From Nitrosopumilus sp. (GTDB taxonomy: Archaea > Thermoproteota > Nitrososphaeria > Nitrososphaerales > Nitrosopumilaceae), in NCBI GenBank assembly GCA_965204345.1, contig OZ241981.1, positions 928,001 through 992,000 on the forward strand: a DNA stretch of 64,000 bases. The letters are read 5' to 3'. Below are positions 1 to 11,046 of this stretch, piece by piece. A model generated the notes under the pieces. The model saw only the letters and a list, made by a program, of their open reading frames with translations. It had not been told where the DNA came from and ran no database searches. Every line of letters begins with the position of its first letter. Position 1 is the stretch's first letter. Made by a program: the position numbers and the translations under genes.

Positions 1-1083
1 GCAAGACCATGGATTCATTATGGGCTTACTAGCAATGATCTGGTGGATACGAGTAACTCAATGCAAATGCGGGACGCCCTGCACATTATTGAGCCAAAGG
101 TTGCAAAAATGGCATCAATACTTGCAAAAAAAGCCGTAAGATATGCAAAGGTTCCGGCAGTTGGCAGAACACACGGACAGCATGCCAGCATAATTTCATT
201 TGGATTAAAATTTGCAAACTGGGCCGCAGAGATGGCAAAGCACATAGAAAGAATAGAGGAGATTAAAAAAAGAACTTTGATTTGCAAGACATTAGGCGTT
301 GTCGGTACCGGCTCATTGATGGGTGCAAAGGCACTTGAGGTGCAAAAGCGAACCGCAAAAAAATTAAGGCTGTTCCCAGCAGAAGTCACAACACAGATAG
401 TTCCAAGGGAGAGATATGCCGAATATGTATTTGAGCTGGCATTAATTGGTGCCACGCTAGAAAAGATTGCAGTAGAGATTAGAAATTTGCAAAGAACAGA
501 GATAGGCGAGGTTGCAGAGCAATTCAAGAAAGGACAGATGGGCAGCAGTGCGGTTCCTGTAAAGAGAAATCCGATTAAGAGTGAGAGGGTTTCATCCCTG
601 TCAAAACTAGTCAGAAGTCAGGTTGCAGTATCCTTTGAAAACATACCGCTATGGCATGAACGGGATCTTTCAAATTCGGCCAATGAAAGGTTTGTAATTC
701 CAACTGTATCAATTCTCGTAGACGAAATGCTAGAAACCATGACTAGAATAGTTTCAAACCTGCTGGTAAATGAGAAAAGAATCGCAGATAACCTATACGT
801 TACAAGGGGACAAATCTTTGCAGAGTTTGTTTTAGAGGCACTAATCAAAAAAGACATACCAAGATTTGTTGCCTACAGAGACGTTCAAAGAGTGGCATTT
901 GAGGCAAATAGCAAGGAGATGTTTTACAAGGATGCAATAAAAAAAGACAGGGCATTTACCTCAAAGCTAACAGAGAAGGAGATCGATGCAATATTCTCAC
1001 CAGAAAAACATCTTGGTGCATCGCCTGCAATAATTGGCAATGTAGAAAGGTCAGTCAGAAAAACGGTTGGAAAGTTTATCTAG
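1..1083 (+). CDS. purB: Adenylosuccinate lyase (5' end outside window)
   Basis: Frame is open from base 1 (ARPWIHYGLTSNDLVD). It has GRTHGQHA and the fumarate-lyase signature GSSAVPVKRNP. Confidence 0.95.
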   Translation, partial: ARPWIHYGLTSNDLVDTSNSMQMRDALHIIEPKVAKMASILAKKAVRYAKVPAVGRTHGQHASIISFGLKFANWAAEMAKHIERIEEIKKRTLICKTLGVVGTGSLMGAKALEVQKRTAKKLRLFPAEVTTQIVPRERYAEYVFELALIGATLEKIAVEIRNLQRTEIGEVAEQFKKGQMGSSAVPVKRNPIKSERVSSLSKLVRSQVAVSFENIPLWHERDLSNSANERFVIPTVSILVDEMLETMTRIVSNLLVNEKRIADNLYVTRGQIFAEFVLEALIKKDIPRFVAYRDVQRVAFEANSKEMFYKDAIKKDRAFTSKLTEKEIDAIFSPEKHLGASPAIIGNVERSVRKTVGKFI

Positions 1084-1831
1084 TTTTTAGCAGGGCCTTG
1101 TGAATTTTAGAGCCGTATTGCAGTGCCTTCTTTCTCTTTGTGCAGGAAAGTTCTGGAACATTTACTTGGCTTGCCAGTCTTCTGATAATATGCTTGCGGT
1201 ACAAATCCTCAGAGTCGTGAATTTTTTCAGAGACAGGTATGGTTTTGGCATACTCTACGAATTTTGATGAGAGTAATGGCTGTAGTATCCTGACTCCAAA
1301 CTCTGATGCAGTTAGATTCACAGCCCTCATCATCTTTAACTCATTATCCAATTTATCAAGCATCACCTCGTTGATTTTGGATTCTCCTCCAGAAAAGGCC
1401 TCCCTGTATGCATTGTAACCGCAAAACAGCTCATCTATACCATTTGCAGTAACTACAGTATCAAGACCAAGGCTGTTTGCCAGCTTTGAAACATAATAAA
1501 ACGCAATGCAATTTTCATTCCAGGACAAATTACTGGTTTTTATTGCTTGGCTGACTTTTGTGGAGATGCTGGCAAATGTGTCTGGATTAATCTCCAAAAT
1601 ATGATGCGGATACTTTAGGTATTGATTTACTTTTTTTGCAAACAAGATATCATGTGATTGGGCAAAACCGATTGTTAATAACGTGACATCATAGCTCATA
1701 TCTGAGCAAATCTTGGAGATTAAGGTGCTATCAACGCCGCCAGAAAACGCAATGCCAATCCTCTTTTCATTAACGGTTTCTGAAATAGAATCTTGTATGT
1801 TCTCAAGTAATCTTTGGTTCATCTTATCCAT
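1076..1831 (-). CDS. Asparagine synthase C-terminal (synthetase-only) domain protein
   Basis: PP-loop AFSGGVDS, NGIDELFCGY and RKKALQYGS; no glutaminase domain. Start set at ATG 1831 (the ORF extends to 1867). Confidence 0.8.
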   Translation of the reverse strand: MDKMNQRLLENIQDSISETVNEKRIGIAFSGGVDSTLISKICSDMSYDVTLLTIGFAQSHDILFAKKVNQYLKYPHHILEINPDTFASISTKVSQAIKTSNLSWNENCIAFYYVSKLANSLGLDTVVTANGIDELFCGYNAYREAFSGGESKINEVMLDKLDNELKMMRAVNLTASEFGVRILQPLLSSKFVEYAKTIPVSEKIHDSEDLYRKHIIRRLASQVNVPELSCTKRKKALQYGSKIHKALLKTR

Positions 1832-1898
1832 ATCTACCACACAGGGATATCCAAGGTAATGAATCAATCCTTTAATTTAGCGTTATTTTTGAAATATC

Positions 1899-2177
1899 AT
1901 GATGCGATTATCACAAACGGAGATAGACAAGCATCTAGAGGATTTGTCAGGATGGAGCGTTATCAACGAAAAACTCCACAAGGAATTTGAATTTGAGAGC
2001 TTCAACCAGGCATTTGGTTTTATGACCAGGGCAGCTATGGAAATTGAAAAAATGAACCATCATCCAGAGTGGTTTAACGTATACAACAGGATCACCATAG
2101 AGTTGACCACTCATGATGCAGGAGGCATTACAAAAAATGATATTGACTTGGCCAAAATCCTAGACTCCCTAGAATAA
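1899..2177 (+). CDS. Pterin-4-alpha-carbinolamine dehydratase
   Basis: [11 protein letters not shown] and [10 protein letters not shown] motifs. Confidence 0.92.
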   Translation: MMRLSQTEIDKHLEDLSGWSVINEKLHKEFEFESFNQAFGFMTRAAMEIEKMNHHPEWFNVYNRITIELTTHDAGGITKNDIDLAKILDSLE

Positions 2178-2245
2178 TAGTTTGGAAGAATTTTAGGCAC
2201 AACCATTACAGAATTTATATTATATCCATAGTCAGTTGACTTCAC

Positions 2246-3067
2246 ATGGCTTCTTCCTCAAGTCCCACGGTTTTGGATTCAGACTTTAGATATATCGACA
2301 AAAAGGGCAATTTGCTCAGGACTAGGACAGAGTTAACAGTGGCACAGATGCTTTCATTTTTAGAACAGGAATATCAATACAGTCACAAAATTACACTAAG
2401 GGACGGAAACGAGACAATAGTTGATTTTAAGACAGAGAAAGGACTCATTGAGGTAATTGACAGTGATGAAGACATTGAAAAATACAGGCAGATCAAAAAA
2501 GACTTTCCCCAAGACAGGATAATGGCAATAGGACATGCAAAATATGTCGCACAGATTAAGGAACTGCAAGACATTGTATTTTACGACAAGACTCCGCAGA
2601 CAGGCTCTATATTTTTAGAAGACGCATCATTTTCATTTGACTATGCGCACATTCTTCCGCTAGTTGAAAAATGCTCGATATTACACGGACACACATCATC
2701 AGTAATGGTAGAACTGGTGGGACAGATGAGAGACAATCTTCTTTTGGATTTTGGGGAAGCTAAAAGAATCATAAAGGGTGTGGTCAATGTCTTTGATCAC
2801 AAATTTTTCATCAATAGAAAATATTTGCAAAGAGAAGACGGTTCGCATTACCAAATACAGTTTGAGGGTCCTAAAGGTATGTTTGAGCTGCAGGTTCCTA
2901 AAGATACGACCTATCTGTTGGAAGGGGAGGCAACTGTTGAGAACCTATCAAGTGAAATTATAAAGCTACTAGCGCCAAAAATGCCATCAAACGTAGAAGC
3001 AGTCGGAGTCTACATCTATGAAGGCTACAACAAGGGATCTCACATCATTTCAAACATTAAGAGATAG
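2246..3067 (+). CDS. 6-carboxytetrahydropterin synthase (QueD/PTPS family) with an extra N-terminal domain
   Basis: C-terminal half has FDYAH, CSILHGH, LLDFG, FDHKFFIN and TVENLS. Confidence 0.85.
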   Translation: MASSSSPTVLDSDFRYIDKKGNLLRTRTELTVAQMLSFLEQEYQYSHKITLRDGNETIVDFKTEKGLIEVIDSDEDIEKYRQIKKDFPQDRIMAIGHAKYVAQIKELQDIVFYDKTPQTGSIFLEDASFSFDYAHILPLVEKCSILHGHTSSVMVELVGQMRDNLLLDFGEAKRIIKGVVNVFDHKFFINRKYLQREDGSHYQIQFEGPKGMFELQVPKDTTYLLEGEATVENLSSEIIKLLAPKMPSNVEAVGVYIYEGYNKGSHIISNIKR

Positions 3068-3074
3068 TTAGAAG

Positions 3075-5390
3075 ATGGAACCCAAGATATCAGAAAAAGC
3101 ATGGAACCCAGAGTTGGAAAAAGAGATTCTGCTGCAGTGGCAGAAAGAAAAGATCTATGACTTTACACCGCAAGACGGCAATTATACGATAGATACCCCA
3201 CCCCCATATCCATCAGGCAGGCCCTGGCACATTGGTGCAGCGGCTCACTATTCACAAATTGACATGATTGCGCGTACTGCAAGAATGGCAGGCAAAAATG
3301 TCTATTTTCCAATAGGAATCGATCGAAACGGGCTTCCAGTTGAGCTGTACACGGAGAAAAAACACAAAATTAGAATGAGGGAGACAGACAGGGGTGAATT
3401 TCTAAATCTGTGCAAAAACGCATTGGATGATTTGGAGGTAGAGATGCTGCTTATCATGAAAAGGCTGGGTCTTAGTGGCGACTTTGAAAACTACTATAGG
3501 ACAGATTCAGAGGAATATAGAAAGCTAACCCAGGCAACGTTTATTGAACTATGGAAAAAAGGCCAGGTGTATCTTGCAAACAGGCCCAACAATTACGACT
3601 GGGTATCAGGCACCACCATTGCAGATGCAGAGATAATCTACCAAGATTTAGCGACAAAACTGGTGTATATGAAATTCAAGATAAAAGATACGGACAAGGA
3701 TATAGTCATTGCAAGTACAAGACCGGAACTGCTTTGTGCATGCAGGGCTATCATTGTAAATCCAGAAGACGCAAGATATTTGCAGCATGTTGGAAAGAAG
3801 ATAGTCGTTCCAATTACAGATGCAGAGGTGGAATTGAGGACACATCACACTGCTCAACAGGAATTTGGTTCGGGAGCAGTGATGGTATGTAGTTATGGTG
3901 ATCAAAATGATGTTGCGTTATTTAGGGAACTAGAGTTGGAGGAAACAGTTGCAATAGGCCTAGACGGAAGAATGACAGAGGTTGCCGGGGAATATACAGG
4001 ACTCAAAGTAAAACAAGCTAGAGCAAAAATCATAGAAGATTTAGAAGCTGGGGGATTTTTGGAGAAAACTGAGGATATTATTCACAGAACGCCGGTTTCT
4101 GAGAGAAGTAAGACTCCAATAGAGATTATTCCAATGGAAGAGTATTATCTAAAACAGAAAGAATCAGTGGGAAAAATTAAGACCTTGGGGAAGGAAATTA
4201 CGTTTCATCCATCAATGCACAAGCAGATCCTAATGAACTGGTTGGAATCAATCAACATAGATTGGCCAATTTCAAGAAGAAGATACTATAGTACAGAAAT
4301 TCCAATATGGTACTGCAAGAGCTGCTCTGAACCGCATGTTCCAGAACCCGGAAAATACTATAGGCCATGGCAGGAAGAATGTCCAATCAATAACTGCACA
4401 AAGTGTGACTCTACAGAATTTGTAGGCGAGGAACGAACATTTGACACATGGATGGATTCTAGCGTGTCACCGCTTTTCATCAGTAAGTTTAACAGAGATG
4501 ACGAATTCTTCAAAAAAGTCTATCCTGCCTCAATCAGACCACAGGCAAAAGACATTGTTAGAACGTGGCTGTACTATACCCTGCTAAGATGTGAGCAGTT
4601 GACCGGGGAAAAACCATGGCCGGAAGCCTGGGTTATGGGATATGGTCTAGATGAAAAAGGAATGAAGATGAGTAAGAGCAAAGGAAACGCAATAGACCCC
4701 CTGCCAGTGATTGAAAAGTGGGGTGCAGACACTTTTAGATTTTGGAGTGCAAGTGAGATTAACCACGGTTATGATTTTAGGTGTAATGAGCAGAAAATTG
4801 AGTCAACAAAGAAATTCCTCAGTAAATTATGGAACGTGTCAAGATTTTTGTCTAGTTTTCCAGTCATTGAATCAGGAAGACCATCGGCAACAGATGAATG
4901 GATTTTATCAGAATTAGACAAGCTGGTAAAAGAGTGTAAAAAGGGATATGAGGATTATAATTTTTTCATTCCAGCAATAGCAATTAGAGAGTTTACATGG
5001 AATGTGTTTGCGGCACACTATATTGAAATGGTAAAAGCAAGAGCCTACGGACTTGGTTTCTCAGATGAGGAAAGGGATGGCGCAATATTTACCCTGCATA
5101 AGACGTTATCGACAATATTGAAGCTGCTAGCTCCTATCGCTCCGTTTATCACAGAGCATCTTTGGAGGGTTCTTTATTCAAGGGACAGCATACACAAAGA
5201 AAAACAGGTAATTCCTGAAAATATTGAGGAACAAAACGAGATTACAGGAGAAATTTCAGAATTTAACTCAAAAGTATGGAATGAGAAAAAGAATCAAAAC
5301 TTGTCATTAAAAGATTCAATCAAAATTGAGATTCCCAAGTCTTTAGAGCCATTTAGGAAAGATTTGAGATCAATGCATCATTTAGAATAA
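3075..5390 (+). CDS. valS: Valine--tRNA ligase
   Basis: IDTPPPYPSG, HIGA (HIGH) and KMSKSKGN motifs; archaeal ValRS length. Confidence 0.95.
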   Translation: MEPKISEKAWNPELEKEILLQWQKEKIYDFTPQDGNYTIDTPPPYPSGRPWHIGAAAHYSQIDMIARTARMAGKNVYFPIGIDRNGLPVELYTEKKHKIRMRETDRGEFLNLCKNALDDLEVEMLLIMKRLGLSGDFENYYRTDSEEYRKLTQATFIELWKKGQVYLANRPNNYDWVSGTTIADAEIIYQDLATKLVYMKFKIKDTDKDIVIASTRPELLCACRAIIVNPEDARYLQHVGKKIVVPITDAEVELRTHHTAQQEFGSGAVMVCSYGDQNDVALFRELELEETVAIGLDGRMTEVAGEYTGLKVKQARAKIIEDLEAGGFLEKTEDIIHRTPVSERSKTPIEIIPMEEYYLKQKESVGKIKTLGKEITFHPSMHKQILMNWLESINIDWPISRRRYYSTEIPIWYCKSCSEPHVPEPGKYYRPWQEECPINNCTKCDSTEFVGEERTFDTWMDSSVSPLFISKFNRDDEFFKKVYPASIRPQAKDIVRTWLYYTLLRCEQLTGEKPWPEAWVMGYGLDEKGMKMSKSKGNAIDPLPVIEKWGADTFRFWSASEINHGYDFRCNEQKIESTKKFLSKLWNVSRFLSSFPVIESGRPSATDEWILSELDKLVKECKKGYEDYNFFIPAIAIREFTWNVFAAHYIEMVKARAYGLGFSDEERDGAIFTLHKTLSTILKLLAPIAPFITEHLWRVLYSRDSIHKEKQVIPENIEEQNEITGEISEFNSKVWNEKKNQNLSLKDSIKIEIPKSLEPFRKDLRSMHHLE

Positions 5391-5556
5391 GATTATTGAA
5401 AAGTTGGACTAGAGATCGGCCGGCAAGAAACAGAGGGGTGTGTGTTAATTCTGCCTGAATCGCATCTACAGTATTATTTCTGCAGTTGCAGTTGCTGCAT
5501 AAAGCATAATATCGAACTTATCAAGGGTAAATCAGATGGAAATTATTTTTTTTTGA

Positions 5557-5970
5557 CTAGAGGGTTTTTTTGTAACTGCATGAACCCTTCTCTTTAGTGA
5601 TTGGTTCAATTAATTGCTCGCCGGTTCCTGCATCAAGGACATAGTATGTTTTCGTGTCAGATTCCGTATAATCGACTAGTTTCCATACAAGAAAGTATTG
5701 ACCTGAATCATTAATTGCCTTTTGTAGTTTGGCCCTGTCAACATCATCATATCCCTGAGTGGCCTCTTCTTCTGAGATGGCAGAATCTCTGAGATCATCA
5801 ATGTTGGCATCTTCGGAAATCTCAATTGTCCCTACTGCATCCCCAATTGGAATTGACCAATCTCTTTTGTATTTGCCATCAGAATCTGCAAACGCCAGAG
5901 AAACAGAGCCAAATACCATTACTACTGCAAGAAAGGATAACAGAAGCGTTGGAATGAGAACTTTGCCCAT
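5557..5970 (-). CDS. Secreted hypothetical protein, PepSY-like C-terminus
   Basis: Signal peptide; ISEEEA ... YYVLDAGTGE resembles PepSY. Confidence 0.55.
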   Translation of the reverse strand: MGKVLIPTLLLSFLAVVMVFGSVSLAFADSDGKYKRDWSIPIGDAVGTIEISEDANIDDLRDSAISEEEATQGYDDVDRAKLQKAINDSGQYFLVWKLVDYTESDTKTYYVLDAGTGEQLIEPITKEKGSCSYKKTL

Positions 5971-6220
5971 GTAGGATATTGTATAATCTAATATATAAGG
6001 ATCTGCAATGGCTCTGCTGCATATCGGCAGGTAAGATGCGAATTCTCTCTGAATTGGAGCTTTAAACTCATGAAAAATTTGTTCTGCTCAAATCATACAT
6101 ACGCATATTCTTTGCAGTTTTAAAAGCTAGAAAGCAGCAGGCAATGATGCAAATCACATTTTAGACTGTCAAGAGACCAGTAATTGGATTTGGACATGCA
6201 GAGTATATTTTTTTCTGTGT

Positions 6221-6838
6221 TTAATTTTTGGTCTTTTTTACCAGATTAACAAAGTACTTGTGAATTGCTAGATCCTCTGTAAGTTCCGGATGAAAAGAAG
6301 TTCCAATGATGTTGTCTTTTTTGATTGCAACAATTTTCTCATTTAGTTTTGCAAGAACCTCAATGCCACTTGAAGCGGTAATTATTGTTGGCGCACGAAT
6401 AAAGACTCCATTGTAACTAGAAATGCCAATGGAATCCATAGATACGTTAGCTTCAAATGACTGACGCTGTCTTCCAAACGAGTTCCTCTCAAGATCAATA
6501 TTCAAAAAATCAAATAATGGCTGCTCAGTTTTACCTACAACCTTATCGGAGGCACTGTTTGCAAGCAGTACCATCCCCGCACAGATTCCCAAGACAGGCA
6601 TGCCTGATTCTACTTTTTGCCTGATTTGTCTCAGGGAACCATTTATAGAAGATAGCTGTCCAATGGTGGTACTCTCCCCCCCAGGAATAAGCAGTCCGTC
6701 AAGTTCTGCTATTTCTTCAGGAGTTTTTACCACCCTTACAACTGCATCTTGATTTAGTTCCTCTGCAGAACGCTCCAAGGAGGACACGTTTTCAGCAACG
6801 TCGCCCTGAATTGATAAAACTCCAAGTTTGAGGGTCAT
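6221..6838 (-). CDS. pdxT: PLP synthase glutaminase subunit
   Basis: [14 protein letters not shown] and SFHPELT motifs; adjacent to pdxS. Confidence 0.95.
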   Translation of the reverse strand: MTLKLGVLSIQGDVAENVSSLERSAEELNQDAVVRVVKTPEEIAELDGLLIPGGESTTIGQLSSINGSLRQIRQKVESGMPVLGICAGMVLLANSASDKVVGKTEQPLFDFLNIDLERNSFGRQRQSFEANVSMDSIGISSYNGVFIRAPTIITASSGIEVLAKLNEKIVAIKKDNIIGTSFHPELTEDLAIHKYFVNLVKKTKN

Positions 6839-7803
6839 GCCGAACCGCCACGATCTTGCATGCGTAATTCTAATGTGTTAACATCCAACCCAATCATGGA
6901 CTGTCTTTCATCAATCATTTTTTGTGCTTCTTTGACCTTGTCTGGCTCATTCCAAAAAGTAGTAGCCAGAACAACTGCCCTGGCCCTCTCTTTTGCATCA
7001 TCAGAATCAAAAATTCCCGATCCAACAAAAATTCCATCACAGCCAAGCGACATTAGATAAGCAGCATCTGCAGGCGTTGCAATTCCACCGGCAGCAAAAT
7101 TCACAACAGGCAGCCTGCCCAGTTTTGCGGTTTGCTCAACAATGTCATAAGATACTTTGAACTCTCTTGCCATCCTAACTAAATCCTGGTTATCTCCTGA
7201 ATCATAAATTGATTTTATTGTTCTTAGCTCATCATTTACTTTTTTGATGTGCTTGATAGCTTCTGCAACATTTCCGGTTCCAGGTTCCCCCTTGGTTCTA
7301 ATCATTGATGCGCCTTCTTCAATTCTGCGTAATGCCTCAGCCAAAGACCTTGCACCGTTAACAACAGGGGTGGTAAAATCCCATTTCCAGATATGGCGAA
7401 GCTCATCAGCAGGAGTTAGTACCTCGGATTCGTCAATCATGTCAACATCAGTTTCTTGCAAAACCAGTGCCTCATTGACATGGCCGATTCTGCATTTGGC
7501 CATAACAGGTATTGTAACAGAACCCATAATCTCCTCAATAATTCTGATACTTGCAGTGCGTGCAACCCCGCCTGCCTTTCTAACCTCAGATGGAAGTTTG
7601 TCCAATACCATAACAGAGACGGCGCCTGCCTGCTCAGCAATCTGAGCCTGTTCCACAGTTGTAACATCCATTACAACTCCGTTCTTTAACATGTGTGCAA
7701 AGCCGCGCTTAACAGTGGATGAGCCACGCAACGTCTCAACTGAGTTGATTTTGTCAGAAATTATTCCTTTAGCATCCTGTCGTTGACCAGATAAGGGAAT
7801 CAT
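6835..7803 (-). CDS. pdxS: PLP synthase lyase subunit
   Basis: [20 protein letters not shown] and [18 protein letters not shown] motifs. Confidence 0.96.
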   Translation of the reverse strand: MIPLSGQRQDAKGIISDKINSVETLRGSSTVKRGFAHMLKNGVVMDVTTVEQAQIAEQAGAVSVMVLDKLPSEVRKAGGVARTASIRIIEEIMGSVTIPVMAKCRIGHVNEALVLQETDVDMIDESEVLTPADELRHIWKWDFTTPVVNGARSLAEALRRIEEGASMIRTKGEPGTGNVAEAIKHIKKVNDELRTIKSIYDSGDNQDLVRMAREFKVSYDIVEQTAKLGRLPVVNFAAGGIATPADAAYLMSLGCDGIFVGSGIFDSDDAKERARAVVLATTFWNEPDKVKEAQKMIDERQSMIGLDVNTLELRMQDRGGSA

Positions 7804-7834
7804 GTTCTAAATTTTTCCTAAAGACTATTTGTAT

Positions 7835-8368
7835 CTATTCACTAATCTCAGACATAATTTGATCAAGCTCGGATTCAACCATAGTTATTATTGGCGGGAT
7901 AAAATCAGATGTGACATTTTGCTGAGGCCAATGAATTTGGTTAACCCTTCCATTAAGAGTGACTTTGACATTTGATTTTTGGTATTCAGTAGCATTATCC
8001 ATAACTGCAAAAGACTCTGAAGGTATTGCAATAAACCCAGTCTCCTTAATCAACGCCTTAATTTTGTTTAACCTTGCCTCATCTAGCTGTGAATGAATAT
8101 CAGGATCCAGGTATCCGTTCTGGGTTACAGAATATTTTAGCTCACCGTCGTTTTTGATGTACAAAATTTCGGTTTTTTGTGAACCTATTCTCTCTGTAAT
8201 GCCATGAGAAATTTTCTTTAATTGGTGCTTGGTATATTCAATTTCAAGATTGTCAGTATAATTTGCAGCAGAGGTAGGAATCTCATTTTTTAGTATCAGG
8301 GGGGTGACCAGTAAAATGGCAGCAATTACGGGAACAGCGCCCAATACTAGATAAATTGGTTTTACCAT
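7835..8368 (-). CDS. Membrane-anchored hypothetical protein
   Basis: 177-aa ORF with an N-terminal hydrophobic helix. Confidence 0.7.
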   Translation of the reverse strand: MVKPIYLVLGAVPVIAAILLVTPLILKNEIPTSAANYTDNLEIEYTKHQLKKISHGITERIGSQKTEILYIKNDGELKYSVTQNGYLDPDIHSQLDEARLNKIKALIKETGFIAIPSESFAVMDNATEYQKSNVKVTLNGRVNQIHWPQQNVTSDFIPPIITMVESELDQIMSEISE

Positions 8369-8457
8369 AATCGATTAACAGTTACAGTTGGCAATTATTG
8401 CAAATAAATCTTGGTCAAAAATAACTTAAAATTCAAGTCTTTTCCATTCTTGTTTGT

Positions 8458-8611
8458 GGGGTCGTAGCCTAGCCTGGTAGGGCGACAGTGTCTACGAAAA
8501 AGATCACCGCTAAGGGCTCCAAAGGTTAACTAAGCTAAACTGACTCACGGATGATGTAAGTTTGGAGCTGTAGTGACCCGTAGGTCGCCGGTTCGATTCC
8601 GGTCGGCCCCA
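8458..8611 (+). tRNA. tRNA-Trp(CCA) with two introns (28/29 at 8487-8513; 37/38 at about 8523-8575)
   Basis: Acceptor GGGGTCG/CGGCCCC-A and T-arm GCCGG-TTCGATT-CCGGT. The spliced anticodon stem is ACGGG/CCCGT with loop CT-CCA-AA. The first intron is flanked by a bulge-helix-bulge (BHB) with a GGCG:CGCT helix. Confidence 0.85.
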
Positions 8612-8623
8612 CGTTAAAGAATT

Positions 8624-10891
8624 TTATTTATTTCTCAAGACATTAAGGGCTGATCCGGCCTTGAACCATTCAATCTGGGATTGGTTGTAAGAATGGCTCA
8701 ACAGGATTTCGTCTTTGCCAGAGTCAGCATGTGAAACTATGCATTTGACTTGTTTGCCTGGAGAGATTCCACCTAGATCAACTAGGCTAATTTTATCATC
8801 CTCAAGAATTTTTTCATAGTCATCAGGGTTGCTAAATGTCAAAGCTAGGATACCTTGTTTTTTCAAGTTTGTTTCGTGGATTCTAGCTAAACTTTTTGTA
8901 ATCACGGCAGCACAGCCCAAAAATCGCGGAGTCATAGCTGCATGTTCCCTGCTGCTTCCCTCACCGTAATTATCATCACCGATGATTGCCCATCTCATTT
9001 GGTTTTCCTTGTATTGTCTTGCAATTTTGGAAAAAGATTCAACATTATTGTTTAGAGTATTCTTACCATGACCCACTTGATCATTAAATGCATTGACTGC
9101 ACCCAAAAGCATGTTATCGCTTAGGTTATCCAAATGGCCACGTAGGGAAAGCCATGCACCTGCAGGCGAGATATGGTCTGTAGTACACTTGCCTTTGGCC
9201 TTTACCAGTACTGGAATGTTTTGGAAATCATTGCCGTCCCATTTTGAAAACGGTTCTAAGCGCTGCAGTCTTTTGCTGTCAGGATCAATAATGACTTTAA
9301 CGTCATCAGAATTCTCAGGGGGTGCGACAAAGATTCCTTCAGGTCGCATAAAACCTTCCCGAGGAACTTCTGGTGCAGGTTTAGGAGGTTCAAGCTTGAA
9401 CTTTGTTCCATCAGATGCGGTCAAATCATCAGTCAGTGGATTAAAAGAAAGCTTTCCCCCCAAAGCCAAAGCGATAATCATCTCAGGACTTCCAATGAAA
9501 TTTAGCGTGGAGCGCCTTCCATCATTTCGTCCTGGAAAGTTTCGGTTAAATGTCGTAACAATGGTATTTTGCTGATCATTTTCCAACTCAGGTCTGTTCC
9601 ACTGGCCAATACAAGGACCACACGCATTTGCCAAAACAGTGGCACCAATGTCTTTAAGCGAGTCCATCTGGCCATCCCTTTGAATGGTTCCGCGGATTTG
9701 TTCAGAACCGGGAGTAACCAACAAGGGAATTTTTGCCCTTATTCCCTTGGCTTTTGCTTGTTCGGCCAGGCTTGCCGCACGTGACATGTCCTCATAAGAT
9801 GAGTTCGTACAGCTGCCAATCAGTGCAACAGAGATTGGATCAGTGTAATCCTTGCTTTTTACATCCTCAGATAACTCTGTAATTGTTCTTGCCAAATCAG
9901 GAGTATGCGGACCGACAATATGCGGCTCTAGCGTTGAGAGATTAATTTCAATTACCCTATCAAAGAATTTTTCTGGGTTTGATTCGACTTCAGTGTCTGC
10001 AACAAGTGATTCTTTATTCTCATTTGCCAATTCGGCAATATCAGCCCTGTTAGTGTATTTGAGATAGGTCTCCATTCTTTTATCATATGGGAATACAGAA
10101 CATGTTGCACCAATTTCAGCACCCATGTTAGTGATAGTAGCCTTGCCTGTACAGCTGATAGACTTTGTTCCAGGCCCAAAGTATTCTACAATTGCATTTG
10201 TGCCTCCAGATACGGTTAGCTCATCGGCTACTTTCAATATGATGTCTTTAGGTGCAGTCCATCCGTTTAGTTCCCCAGTCAGTTTTACGCCGATTCGTTT
10301 GGGGTAAAGTAACTCCCAAGGCAGACCGGCCATTGTTTCAGCAGCATCCAATCCGCCAACACCAATGGCAACCATTCCAAGACCCCCGGCATTTGGAGTA
10401 TGAGAGTCAGTGCCAATCATCAGCCCCCCTGGAAACGCATAATTTTCAAGAACAACCTGGTGAATAATTCCAGCGCCAGGCTTCCAAAAACCGCATCCAT
10501 ATTTTGCAGATGCTGATTGTAAGAATTTGAAAACTTCGCTGTTTTCATCAAGTGAAACTTTCATGTCGATGTCACCTTGAACCTCAGCCCGAATTAGATG
10601 ATCACAGTGTACGGTTGTTGGTAATGATGTCTGCTTGAGTCCTGCTTGCATGAATTGTAGCATAACCATCTGTCCAGTTACATCCTGTAATGCAACCCTA
10701 TCAGGTTTTAAGAAGACATAGTCTTTTCCTCCGACAAAGACAGCATCATCATCAATATTGCTAAGATGTCCAGACAGTATTTTTTCAGTAAGCGTTAGTG
10801 GCCTGCCAACCATATTTCTGTATGTTGCAATATTTTGTTTTAATTTAGAGTAAACATCACAGACAAGTTCTGCAGTAGTATCTATATCCAC
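8624..10891 (-). CDS. Aconitate hydratase
   Basis: DRVALQD, HCDH, DSHTPN, IGSCTNSS, NACGPCIGQW, TTDHISPAG and GSSREHAA motifs. Start is probably GTG 10891. Confidence 0.95.
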   Translation of the reverse strand: MDIDTTAELVCDVYSKLKQNIATYRNMVGRPLTLTEKILSGHLSNIDDDAVFVGGKDYVFLKPDRVALQDVTGQMVMLQFMQAGLKQTSLPTTVHCDHLIRAEVQGDIDMKVSLDENSEVFKFLQSASAKYGCGFWKPGAGIIHQVVLENYAFPGGLMIGTDSHTPNAGGLGMVAIGVGGLDAAETMAGLPWELLYPKRIGVKLTGELNGWTAPKDIILKVADELTVSGGTNAIVEYFGPGTKSISCTGKATITNMGAEIGATCSVFPYDKRMETYLKYTNRADIAELANENKESLVADTEVESNPEKFFDRVIEINLSTLEPHIVGPHTPDLARTITELSEDVKSKDYTDPISVALIGSCTNSSYEDMSRAASLAEQAKAKGIRAKIPLLVTPGSEQIRGTIQRDGQMDSLKDIGATVLANACGPCIGQWNRPELENDQQNTIVTTFNRNFPGRNDGRRSTLNFIGSPEMIIALALGGKLSFNPLTDDLTASDGTKFKLEPPKPAPEVPREGFMRPEGIFVAPPENSDDVKVIIDPDSKRLQRLEPFSKWDGNDFQNIPVLVKAKGKCTTDHISPAGAWLSLRGHLDNLSDNMLLGAVNAFNDQVGHGKNTLNNNVESFSKIARQYKENQMRWAIIGDDNYGEGSSREHAAMTPRFLGCAAVITKSLARIHETNLKKQGILALTFSNPDDYEKILEDDKISLVDLGGISPGKQVKCIVSHADSGKDEILLSHSYNQSQIEWFKAGSALNVLRNK

Positions 10892-11046
10892 AATATGCAG
10901 CAAATCAATCCCGAATTTAATATTTACAATTAAAAAATCCAGAAAATGATTTTGACAGGCATGCTAATTCTTAACAATTATAAGCTAAAAGCAGCTTTTT
11001 AATACAGTGTCAGGTAGTAACAGATTTTTTAAGTGGAGGTGCAATT

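Noticed and set aside
5440-6050. Weak inverted similarity flanking the PepSY-like gene (GAATCGCATCT / AGATGCGAATTC)
   Set aside because: It is too short and imperfect, with no target-site duplication or transposase.
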